A stretch of DNA of 64,000 nt from NCBI RefSeq assembly GCF_001642725.1, contig NZ_LSUQ01000003.1:1-64000 (forward strand). Direction: 5' to 3'. Each line of letters opens with the position of its first letter. Position 1 is the first letter of the stretch. Shown here piece after piece: positions 31,173 through 40,003 of the stretch. Both the position numbers and the translations under genes were made by a program. The DNA is from Ferroacidibacillus organovorans. Its GTDB lineage: Bacteria; Bacillota; Bacilli; Alicyclobacillales; SLC66. The notes below the pieces were generated by a model, which was not told the DNA's origin, ran no database searches, and saw only the letters and a program-made list of their open reading frames with translations.

Positions 31173-31510
31173 GGTTTTGCGCAGGTGGGGGTGACAACAT
31201 CGCACAAGTTTTTGACAAGAATGGACAATTTCCCTGGAAATCATCTTCAATTGTCGATCGTTTGTAGAATACGGCGATGATTGTAAATGATGATTGTAAG
31301 CGGAGCGCATTTGCGCTATAGTTATCATTATATCATTTGATCGGAGGTATCCAATTTACACGCCATGCAATTCTCCTTGTCGCTCCAGTAATTGTAATTT
31401 CGGGACGATGCTCGATATAGGGCGGATAGGGAGAGGCGTGTCCATTTTTGGATGCCGTTTGTAAGTTGTATGGGGCGGGCAGTGTCCGACTCATGACTCC
31501 TTTTCGCGCT

Positions 31511-31541
31511 ATACACGGGGAGAATCGCCCGTGTATTTTTT
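31511..31541 (+). terminator. Leader terminator (attenuator) upstream of the ABC-F gene
   Basis: ATACACGGG/CCCGTGTAT plus T-tract ending 20 nt before ATG 31561. Confidence 0.7.
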
Positions 31542-31560
31542 ATGTGCGGAGGAATGCGTG

Positions 31561-33230
31561 ATGGCCGTGTTAAGAGTGGACGGAATTAGTAAAGAGATTC
31601 AGGGACGTCGTATTTTTTCGAACGTTTGTTTGGAGGTACATTCCGGTGAGAGGGTTGCGCTCATCGGGCGAAACGGGGTTGGAAAAACAACGCTGTTGAA
31701 GTGCTTGATGGGAAACCTAGACGTGGACAAAGGGAGCATTCATCGCGGAATCGGGCTCTCTGACTATGGAATGATGGAACAACACGCAGAAATTCCGGAG
31801 TACATGTCCCTCTTTGACTATGTGTTTAGTGCAAAGCACGACTTGTATGAGGCAAAACAATCACTTCTTGGACTTGAGAAGCGAGTTGCAGAATCGTCGA
31901 CTCATGAGAGCTTGTTTTCTGCGTATGCAGAGGCGTTGAATCATTATCTGAAACTGGACGGTTATGGACAAGAAGTCGATGCGGGAAATGTGCTGCGACG
32001 GATGCAGTTTCCTGAATCATCATGGACGCAACCCTACGTGACTCTGAGTGGAGGAGAAAAAACGCGTGCACAACTCGCACGTCTCATGGTATTGCGACCC
32101 AAGTTTCTGTTGCTTGATGAACCGACTAATCATTTAGATGCAGAGATGCTTGACTGGGTGGAGGCGTGGGTACGCCAATATCGCGGAACTGTACTGTTTG
32201 TATCGCACGATCGTCACTTCATCGATGCCGTGGCAACATCTACGTATGAGTTAACGGATGCAGGACTTAATTACGCGCGCGGCGGTTACACTGCTTATCG
32301 TGTAAAACAAAATTCTTTGGAGCAATCACGTCAGGCGATCTATGACAAACAGGAAAAGGAACGCCAAGCTTTGATTTCCGCGATTCAGCGCTATAGAGAA
32401 TGGTTTCAAAAAGGACACGACGCTGCCAGTGAGCGGGATCCGTATGCTAAAAAACGCGCAGCAAAGAATGCGAACCGATTTCAGGCTAAGACTCGCGCAT
32501 TAAAGCAACTTGAAGAACGGAGTATCGAGAAACCTAAAAAGGAGATGAATGCGCGAATTGATTTTCGGGATGGGCAGTTTAATGCGAAACACATGATCAC
32601 ACTTGATCATGTCTCTTTCTCGTTTGAGGCAGATCACTTATACTTCTCTCTCTTGAATCTTTCAGTAAATCGAGGCGATCGAATCGCTGTAATGGGTCAA
32701 AACGGCGCAGGAAAATCTACGCTGTTGCGACTCTTGATCGCTGATTTGACTCCGGATTGTGGTCACATCTTGCGTCATCCTGAGCTTCGTGTAGGATACT
32801 TCGCACAACAGGTTGATGTTCTGCCTATGGATCGAAGCATTTTAGCGTGCATGCTTGAACTCCCTGGGATCACACAGTCGTTGGCACGAGAGAGCGAATG
32901 GAAGTGGCTCTCGCTGCATATCCCGGAAGCGTGATTCTCGTGTCACATGATCGCTATTTGGTGCAAAAAGTGGCGAATCGCATTTGGGAGATTCAAGAGG
33001 GTGTCGTACGCGACTTTCACGGTACGCTTGATGCGTATAGGGTGAACTTAGAAACAGGAACGGATCGCCGTGATGACCCAGAGCGGGATAATGAAATACG
33101 CAAGTTACGGTATGAGCTTGCGCTTTATTTATCGGGTGATGAGCCGACGAATGAGGATGCAAAAATACAATGGTGGGCAGATCTTCACGAGCGAAGAAGG
33201 CGATTGCGCGAGTTGGCAGGGAAAGAATAA
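31561..33230 (+). pseudogene. Ribosome-protection-like ABC-F ATPase disrupted by an internal deletion and frameshift
   Basis: NBD1 complete; NBD2 keeps Walker A but lacks signature and Walker B; continues in another frame as (RE)RMEVALAAYPGSVILVSHDRY from about 32890. Confidence 0.85.
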
Positions 33231-33260
33231 AGGTGGAGCGGGGAACCGCCCCATCTTCAT

Positions 33261-33311
33261 GACAATAGCTCACTTATCCGATTGACAAACTCGGATAAGT
33301 GAGCTATTGTC
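33261..33311. repeat. Perfect 21-bp inverted repeat with TTGACA in its 9-nt spacer
   Basis: GACAATAGCTCACTTATCCGA-TTGACAAAC-TCGGATAAGTGAGCTATTGTC. Confidence 0.95.
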
Positions 33312-33354
33312 GGTTTATCTACAGTAAACCGATGCAAATAAGGGGTATGGTGTC

Positions 33355-34995
33355 ATGCTATTTCTTGCCTTGATTCTCGTCTATACGTTGTTTTTGCTTC
33401 TCATAAGCCAGTATTCGAAACGTCGGACAAAAAACGTTGGCCATTTTTTCGATGGCGGGAGATCCTTTGGCATTTGGCACGTCTTTGTGATGATGACGGC
33501 GATGTGGGGATCTTCCATGTTCGCCGTGGAGCTTGATTCAGGGTATCTAACAGGGTTATCCGCGATTTGGTATGGATTTTCGGTGATCGTCTCGTCACTA
33601 CTCGTTGCAAGCGTGTTACTTCGACCGTTTCGCGGTATCGGTTATCTGACAAACTCGAACCTCCTGGGTCGCGTCTACGGTAAAAAGGCGCGCGATTTGG
33701 CCGCACTTGTGATCGGACTCACGTTTCCAATTTTCGCGATGAAAAACGTGTTGGCGGCGGCCACCTATTTTCATGTCATGTTAGGTTGGAACCTTGCCGT
33801 CGTCTTGATTTTGACGACACTGTTGGTCATTTTGTATGTGTCTCTCGGCGGTCTCTGGTCACTCGCGTATGTGCAGATCGCAAACCTCGCCTTGTTCACA
33901 GTCGGACTGGCGGTGGCAGCCTACTACAGCCTTCACGGTCACGCCGTTTTCACGACGCCCGTGCCCAAGCAGCCACACTTTCAAGGCTTGGCGGGCGGCG
34001 GTTTGGCGATGATTCTGGTGTGGTTTGGGATGAACATCCTGAACTCTGTCAGCGCGCAGGCAGAGTTTCAGACCATCTCCTCAGCCAAGAGTGTTCGCAA
34101 AGGAAAACTCGGCGTCTATGTCTCTTCCATCGTTCTCATCGGTTTTGCCATCGTCCCCACCCTTCTTGGCATGGCGGCGCGAACCCACCACATCGTGATG
34201 AAGAGTGGTCTGCTCGCCTTTCCAACCTACTTGCGCATGGTCGCGCCGCACTGGGCTGTGCTGCTCGTCGGACTAGGGTTTTGGGCGGCGGCGCTGATCT
34301 GGTGTGCACCGCTGATGTTTTCTGGCGCGTCAAGTTTTGGTCTTGATTTGTTCAATCGCAAACAACAATCGCATGACACATCCTCCGTACGTCGCTTTAC
34401 ACGGCTGTCGATGCTCATTCAGGGTGCACTCATTGTGATTTATGCATTGGTGAGGCCAGGAGAACTCGCCTGGTGGGCTGTGTTTGGCTTGACACTTCGA
34501 AATGCAGCGATTGTCGGACCGACGCTGACCTTTTTGCTCTGGCCGGCTGTTCGCGAGCGAACGGTGATCGCATCGATGATCATAGGGGTTGCGAGTGGTC
34601 TCGGCTGGAACGCCCTCACGGGCTTCTCGGCGACCGCCTTCGCATTTGATATCAATCCAATGTGGGTGGGAACTGGACTGTCGATGATCGTCATCATCTT
34701 CGGGACCTTGCTTGAAAATCACGGGGCTTTGCAGTGGAACAAACATCCTTGGAAACGCAACGTGGGCTATGCACTCGGAGTGATCGGATTGCTCTTGATC
34801 ATCGCGAGTCCGCTGCTGATGAAGACGGCGTTCCGCTCGCTCCTTGGCGTCGACCTGTTTCTCGGCATCTTGTTCCTCTTTTTTACTGCGATGCTCTCCA
34901 CGGAATTGCGGGAGCACGCGAACGAAGTGTCAACATCGATCACGCAAGAATCAAAGAGAGATCCAGACGTTCGGGCTATCGCTCACACGAACTAG
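33355..34995 (+). CDS. Sodium:solute symporter family protein
   Basis: FFDGGRS, YVSLGGLWS, many transmembrane segments. Confidence 0.88.
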   Translation: MLFLALILVYTLFLLLISQYSKRRTKNVGHFFDGGRSFGIWHVFVMMTAMWGSSMFAVELDSGYLTGLSAIWYGFSVIVSSLLVASVLLRPFRGIGYLTNSNLLGRVYGKKARDLAALVIGLTFPIFAMKNVLAAATYFHVMLGWNLAVVLILTTLLVILYVSLGGLWSLAYVQIANLALFTVGLAVAAYYSLHGHAVFTTPVPKQPHFQGLAGGGLAMILVWFGMNILNSVSAQAEFQTISSAKSVRKGKLGVYVSSIVLIGFAIVPTLLGMAARTHHIVMKSGLLAFPTYLRMVAPHWAVLLVGLGFWAAALIWCAPLMFSGASSFGLDLFNRKQQSHDTSSVRRFTRLSMLIQGALIVIYALVRPGELAWWAVFGLTLRNAAIVGPTLTFLLWPAVRERTVIASMIIGVASGLGWNALTGFSATAFAFDINPMWVGTGLSMIVIIFGTLLENHGALQWNKHPWKRNVGYALGVIGLLLIIASPLLMKTAFRSLLGVDLFLGILFLFFTAMLSTELREHANEVSTSITQESKRDPDVRAIAHTN

Positions 34996-35167
34996 GTCAA
35001 CGGAACCACTTGCGCTTCGTTGAACGCAATACAAGAGAGGATTTTCTGAACTTTTGTCGAATTATTTTTTTGTCAACTGTATTGAGGTGAGGATGAAACA
35101 GACGGTGCTGCGTTGCTAGCACCGTTTGTGTTTATGAATCGATTTCGCGTGATAAGGGGGAGCGCAG

Positions 35168-36535
35168 GTGAAACCGTGGAAGGAAATCGTATCAAGGCAA
35201 GTTCCGACAGCCGTTGCGACGCTTCAACGCTATTGTCAGCAGCCGAGTATTGCGGCCCAGCAGATCGGGATCAATGAAACGGTGCAACTCGTCACAGCGA
35301 TGGTGAGGCAGGCGGGTGGCGTTGTGAGTGTGCTCGATGATTGTGGAGGCAATCCTGTGATCTGTGCAGAATTCGCAGCGGGTCCCCACGGAAATCCTGA
35401 CAAGACGCTGCTTTTTTATAACCACTACGATGTTCAACCGCCGGAGCCCCTCGCTGAGTGGACGTACCCACCTTTTGGGGCAGAGATTCATGACGGAAAA
35501 ATTTACGCGAGAGGCGCCGCTGATAACAAAGGTGATTTGACGGTTCGCTTGCAGGCCATCACGGTCTTGAGAGAGAACGGGGGTCTTCCCTGTAACGTGA
35601 AGTTTTTGATTGAAGGTGAGGAAGAGATCGGTTCGCCGGCGCTTCCTGCATACTTGAAAAGGTACGCGGAGCGCTTCCGGGCGGATGCATGCATTTGGGA
35701 GTTTGGCGGTAAAAATGTGCAGGGTCACCCGCAAATGGTCGCGGGAATCAAGGGAATGTGTTATCTCCAACTATGGTGTCACGGCGCGGACGTGGATCTT
35801 CACTCCTCCAATGGCGCCATCGTCGACAATGCCGCGTGGCGCTTGGTGCAGGCGCTCGCCTCCATGAAAAGTGCAGATCATCGCATCTTGGTGGACGGTT
35901 TTTATGAGGATGTCGCGCCACTTACACCCGAACTGATCCAGTACGCTGAACAGCAACCGTTTCACGCGGAGCAACTGAAGGAACAATTGGGGCTTCGCCG
36001 GCCTCTGATCTGTGCTGATGAGAATCCGAATGTCCATTTGTGGTATGTGCCCACGATGACGATCTGTGGCATCGAGAGCGGTTATACCGGCGAAGGCAGC
36101 AAAACGGTTCTACCGCGCAGGGCGCAGGCGAAGCTTGACTGTCGTCTCGTTCCCAATCAAGACCCTGATGACATTCTGGAAAAGGTGCAACGGCATTTGA
36201 TTCGCCACGGCTTTACAGATGTGGAAGTGAGTCTTGTGAATGGGGAGCGCGCGTATCGCTCGGATATGCATCATCCGTTTGTGAAGATGGTCGAAGAGAC
36301 AGCGAAGGAGGCGTACGGCGTGGACGCCGTGCTATCGCCAAACTCTGCGGGGACAGGGCCGATGTACCCGTTTGGGGAGTACCTCGGGCTTTCTTTACCC
36401 ATTGTTTCGACAGGGTGTGGGTGGTGGAATTCGCGTGCGCACGCGCCTGATGAATCGATCCGCATTGAGGATTTTGAGCAGGCGATGCTGCATATGGTGT
36501 TGCTCCTGAATCGCTTTGGTGAAACGCAGGGGTAG
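35168..36535 (+). CDS. M20 family peptidase/dipeptidase
   Basis: YNHYDVQP, RGAADNKG, EGEEEIGS, AHAPDE. Confidence 0.93.
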   Translation: MKPWKEIVSRQVPTAVATLQRYCQQPSIAAQQIGINETVQLVTAMVRQAGGVVSVLDDCGGNPVICAEFAAGPHGNPDKTLLFYNHYDVQPPEPLAEWTYPPFGAEIHDGKIYARGAADNKGDLTVRLQAITVLRENGGLPCNVKFLIEGEEEIGSPALPAYLKRYAERFRADACIWEFGGKNVQGHPQMVAGIKGMCYLQLWCHGADVDLHSSNGAIVDNAAWRLVQALASMKSADHRILVDGFYEDVAPLTPELIQYAEQQPFHAEQLKEQLGLRRPLICADENPNVHLWYVPTMTICGIESGYTGEGSKTVLPRRAQAKLDCRLVPNQDPDDILEKVQRHLIRHGFTDVEVSLVNGERAYRSDMHHPFVKMVEETAKEAYGVDAVLSPNSAGTGPMYPFGEYLGLSLPIVSTGCGWWNSRAHAPDESIRIEDFEQAMLHMVLLLNRFGETQG

Positions 36536-36635
36536 AGTGCGGTTGATCGGAGACGGCCGACGGTGCGTTTGACGGCGGCTGCCTCCGTTGCTGGAATTTT
36601 CCCCCTTAAAGCTTTTGCTTTGCTCAGGAATCTAC

Positions 36636-36663
36636 TTGCGCATCCTGTAAAACACAGTATAAT
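36636..36663 (+). promoter_or_regulatory. sigA promoter of the padR-family gene with operator ATCCTGT-N5-ACAGTAT
   Basis: TTGCGC-16-TATAAT; palindrome 36642-36660 overlaps the -10. Confidence 0.7.
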
Positions 36664-36712
36664 GGCGGTATTGTCTTCGAGACCCTTCATTCATGGCAAG
36701 GAGAAATTTAGG

Positions 36713-37081
36713 ATGGCGAAAGAACGTGGTGTTCCCGGGAAACAAAATCGGCACTTGCCCGCGTTTCTCTTGTTGTTTTTAACGGAGCGTGATGCTCACG
36801 GCGGGGCGCTCTGGAATCAAATTTCAGCAATCATGCCGGAACACTGGGAAATCGACAGTGGGGCTGTCTACCGGGTCCTGCGCGACTTGGAAGAGCGAGG
36901 GTGTGTCTCCTCGTATTGGAACACGGATGATGCAGGGCCTGCAAAGCGGCTCTATCATTTGACAGATGCTGGACAGAGCGAACTACTCTTATGGTATGAA
37001 GATATTAAAATTCGTAAAAGAAATCTTGAGTTTTTTATCCATAAATACGATACGTATGCAAACGGAAGAGCGCACACCTAA
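36713..37081 (+). CDS. PadR family transcriptional regulator
   Basis: HG, DSGAVYRVLRDLE, GPAKRLYHLTDAG; RBS AAGGAG. Confidence 0.9.
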   Translation: MAKERGVPGKQNRHLPAFLLLFLTERDAHGGALWNQISAIMPEHWEIDSGAVYRVLRDLEERGCVSSYWNTDDAGPAKRLYHLTDAGQSELLLWYEDIKIRKRNLEFFIHKYDTYANGRAHT

Positions 37082-37764
37082 TTCTCGTGGTTTTCCAATT
37101 TTAATCTAAACATCTTCGCGATTTGGGAAGGAAATTTGAGGTGGTTTTCAATTTTTGGATGATCGAGATGGGAAGAATCTAACCACTTTCGCGCGATGGT
37201 TGCCCACGCCTCCGTTGCAAATCCTGAAGTGAGTGCGATCAATGCGGTCAATGCGCCAGATTTCGCGCCGTTTGAAACATACATCGCCAAGATGGAGATC
37301 GTGTTGAGCATGGAGAGACTGATTCGCAAAGGAATGCGCAAACGCCTACACAATACTTGGCCGATCGCTGTGTAGCCTCCCGTCGAATAGCCTTTTGATA
37401 CAAGGAGGCCAATGGGGAACTTTGAGAATAACAGGATAAGTCCAAAGGCAAGCCATTTTGGCCAAGTGATATAGAGTGGGATCATTTCAAAGAGCCACAT
37501 GCAAAGACCCGTGAGAACTGCGCCGACCATGGTCCATAGCGCGATGGATCTGCCCCCGAATATGAGAATAATGGTAAAGATGACTCCTTTAATCCACAGA
37601 TTGACAAACCCGACGTTCAGATGCATGATGTCTGAAATTCCGATGCAAAGACCGCTTACGCCACCAGAGGAAATATGTGATTGTTTTTCTAAGAATACGG
37701 AAATGGCTGCGAGAAAGATACACCCGATAAAATAGCGAGTGGGTGGAATTTTTTTTATGCCCAG
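37078..37764 (-). CDS. YitT family membrane protein, probable CTG start
   Basis: Frame open upstream of ATG 37626 encoding ISSGGVSGL; STGG motif later; AGAAGGGA 7 nt before CTG 37764. Confidence 0.7.
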   Translation of the reverse strand: MGIKKIPPTRYFIGCIFLAAISVFLEKQSHISSGGVSGLCIGISDIMHLNVGFVNLWIKGVIFTIILIFGGRSIALWTMVGAVLTGLCMWLFEMIPLYITWPKWLAFGLILLFSKFPIGLLVSKGYSTGGYTAIGQVLCRRLRIPLRISLSMLNTISILAMYVSNGAKSGALTALIALTSGFATEAWATIARKWLDSSHLDHPKIENHLKFPSQIAKMFRLKLENHEN

Positions 37765-37996
37765 ATGAAAATCCCTTCTTTCTCTGTTTATGTTTCAGTT
37801 TAAAGATGACAAGCGGTTGCCCTTTGAATGTCGCACAGGGTACTATTTCTAAGTGTTGGCAAGGAAGCACGATCGCAAACATCGAGCAGGAGACACAAGT
37901 GTTACCTCATGGTGACTACGAAACATGTTATGATTGAAGGATCAGTATATTGGAATCATTGTTGCTTTACTCGTTTCTACAGGAGGGGGCGTAAGA

Positions 37997-38653
37997 ATGG
38001 AGATACGCGTTCTGGTGACGGGATTTGAGCCGTTTGGTGGAGAGACAATCAATCCAGCTTTAGAAGTGATCGAGGCGTTGTCCGATCGCGCACTTGATGG
38101 TCATGACAGTGTTCGCATTTTCACGGCGAAGATTCCCACAGTGTTTGGCCAGGCGATCGACGTTTTGGAAAAAGAAATGGAGAAGATTTCACCCTCCGTT
38201 GTGATTTGTATTGGACAGGCAGGCGGTCGCTGTCACATCACACCTGAACGCGTTGCAATTAATATCGATGACGCACGCATACCTGACAATGCGGGGAATG
38301 CGCCCGTGGATGTTCCTGTCGTGACGGGCGGCCCGGTGGCCTATTTGAGTGATTTGCCGATTAAGCGAATGGTTCAAGCGATGCAGGAAGCTGGGATACC
38401 AGCCACTGTCTCTAATTCGGCGGGTACGTTTGTATGCAACCATCTGTTCTATGGATTGATGCATCTTTTGAAAACAAAGTATAAACGGATACGTGGCGGA
38501 TTTGTCCATATCCCCTATTTGCCGAGCCAAGTCGTACAGCGTGAGCTTCCTGCAATGAATTTGAGCGACATGGTGCGCGGATTGGAAATCTGTGTGCGCG
38601 TCGCGGTTGAACATGCGCTGGATGTACCTCTGACGGCTGGCAAAGAGTGCTAA
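37997..38653 (+). CDS. pcp: Pyroglutamyl-peptidase I
   Basis: LVTGFEPFGG, ERVAIN, SAGTFVCN, GFVHIP; RBS AGGAGG. Confidence 0.95.
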   Translation: MEIRVLVTGFEPFGGETINPALEVIEALSDRALDGHDSVRIFTAKIPTVFGQAIDVLEKEMEKISPSVVICIGQAGGRCHITPERVAINIDDARIPDNAGNAPVDVPVVTGGPVAYLSDLPIKRMVQAMQEAGIPATVSNSAGTFVCNHLFYGLMHLLKTKYKRIRGGFVHIPYLPSQVVQRELPAMNLSDMVRGLEICVRVAVEHALDVPLTAGKEC

Positions 38654-38777
38654 AACGTTTTCAATACAACCTCTCTTTCCGCATATGGAGTGGTATCGTT
38701 ATTCGGCTTTTCGTGGTACGCTGTGTGAGCAATTCGATGAATTGCCAAGCGGTGAATGTGAAGGGAAGAGGAAGATC

Positions 38778-39782
38778 ATTTCAGAAGAACAGAACCATTG
38801 GAAAAAGGATCTTGTTCCATTTCAACAGTCAGATCTAAAGAAGAGTCTTTGGCAGATCGTGAATACAGTGGCTCCCTATTTTATGTTATGGGCTGCGGCT
38901 TATTGGAGCTTATCTGTCTCCTACTGGATAACCCTATGCTTTGTGATCCTTGCGGCGGGATTTGCTGTGAGGATGTTTATTATATTTCACGACTGTTGTC
39001 ACGACTCGTTTTTTGGAAATCGCAATGCGAATCTTATCGTTGGCGTGTTTACAGGGCTAATGACATTTTTTCCTTATTATCAGTGGAAACATGAGCACGC
39101 AATGCATCACGCGACCAGCAGTAACCTGAGTCGAAGAGGTATCGGCGATATCTGGACACTCACGGTGGATGAATACCTTGCGCTATCGACGTTTCGGAAA
39201 ATGGGTTATCGATTGTATAGAAATCCATTGATTATGTTTGGTCTTGGTCCGCTGTATCTCTTTTTCGTCGTCTATCGCGTGAACCACAAACGTGCAGGAC
39301 GAAAAGAGCGTTGGAACACCTATGCCACCAATCTGGGACTGGCGGGTATCGTCAGTCTTTTGTGTTGGTGGCTTGGGTGGAAATCGGTTCTCTTGATTCA
39401 GGGTCCTATTCTTTATCTTTCAGGAATAGCGGGCATTTGGCTGTTTTACGTTCAACACCAATTTGAGGAGACCTATTATGAGAAAGAAGACGTTTGGAAT
39501 TTTGTGAGTGCTGCGATGGAGGGAAGCTCCTATTACAAATTGCCGAAACTGTTGCAATGGATGACAGGAAATATCGGATTTCATCACATTCATCACCTCA
39601 GCTCAAGAATCCCCAACTACTATTTACAACAGGTGTGCCAGCGCAATGCGTATATGCACAATGTTTCGTCCATCGATCTGCGTACCAGCTTGCGCTCGCT
39701 CCGCTATCGCGTTTGGGACGAAGAAAAGAAGAGATTTGTCGGATTTTCTGACCTCTCGATCAGAAAAACAGAAAAATGTTGA
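38778..39782 (+). CDS. des: Membrane fatty acid desaturase (Des-like); start uncertain (ATT 38778 or ATG 38685)
   Basis: His boxes HDCCH, HAMHH, HHIHH; YVQHQFE. Confidence 0.92.
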   Translation: MSEEQNHWKKDLVPFQQSDLKKSLWQIVNTVAPYFMLWAAAYWSLSVSYWITLCFVILAAGFAVRMFIIFHDCCHDSFFGNRNANLIVGVFTGLMTFFPYYQWKHEHAMHHATSSNLSRRGIGDIWTLTVDEYLALSTFRKMGYRLYRNPLIMFGLGPLYLFFVVYRVNHKRAGRKERWNTYATNLGLAGIVSLLCWWLGWKSVLLIQGPILYLSGIAGIWLFYVQHQFEETYYEKEDVWNFVSAAMEGSSYYKLPKLLQWMTGNIGFHHIHHLSSRIPNYYLQQVCQRNAYMHNVSSIDLRTSLRSLRYRVWDEEKKRFVGFSDLSIRKTEKC

Positions 39783-39857
39783 ATCATTTATCGTGTTTGG
39801 CTAGAAAATGCAGGAATTTTGTCGAGCTTTATCGAAACTAATTTTGTGTATAAAAAG

Positions 39858-39936
39858 AATCGTCGGCAAAACTGTGGAAACGCAGTGGCGCAAAGCTATA
39901 GGGGCTTCGGCAAATTGCCATGCTAGCCAGTTGCAA
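39858..39936 (+). ncRNA. c-di-GMP-I (GEMM) riboswitch
   Basis: GGCAAAACTGT-GGAAAC-GCAGT-GGCGCAAAGCTATAGGGGCT...ATGCTAGCCAGTTGC; upstream of a GGDEF/EAL gene. Confidence 0.9.
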
Positions 39937-39946
39937 GTTACCGGAC

Positions 39947-39980
39947 ACCCCTCTATGGCTTTAGACGAGAGGGGTTTTTT
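39947..39980 (+). terminator. Riboswitch expression-platform terminator
   Basis: ACCCCTCT...AGAGGGGT plus T-tract before the RBS. Confidence 0.85.
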
Positions 39981-40003
39981 GCTTTGAATGGAGGGGATGC
40001 ATC

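Noticed and set aside
32880..32900. Programmed frameshift in the ABC-F gene
   Set aside because: Essential NBD2 motifs are absent, so a deletion explains it better and frameshifting would not restore function
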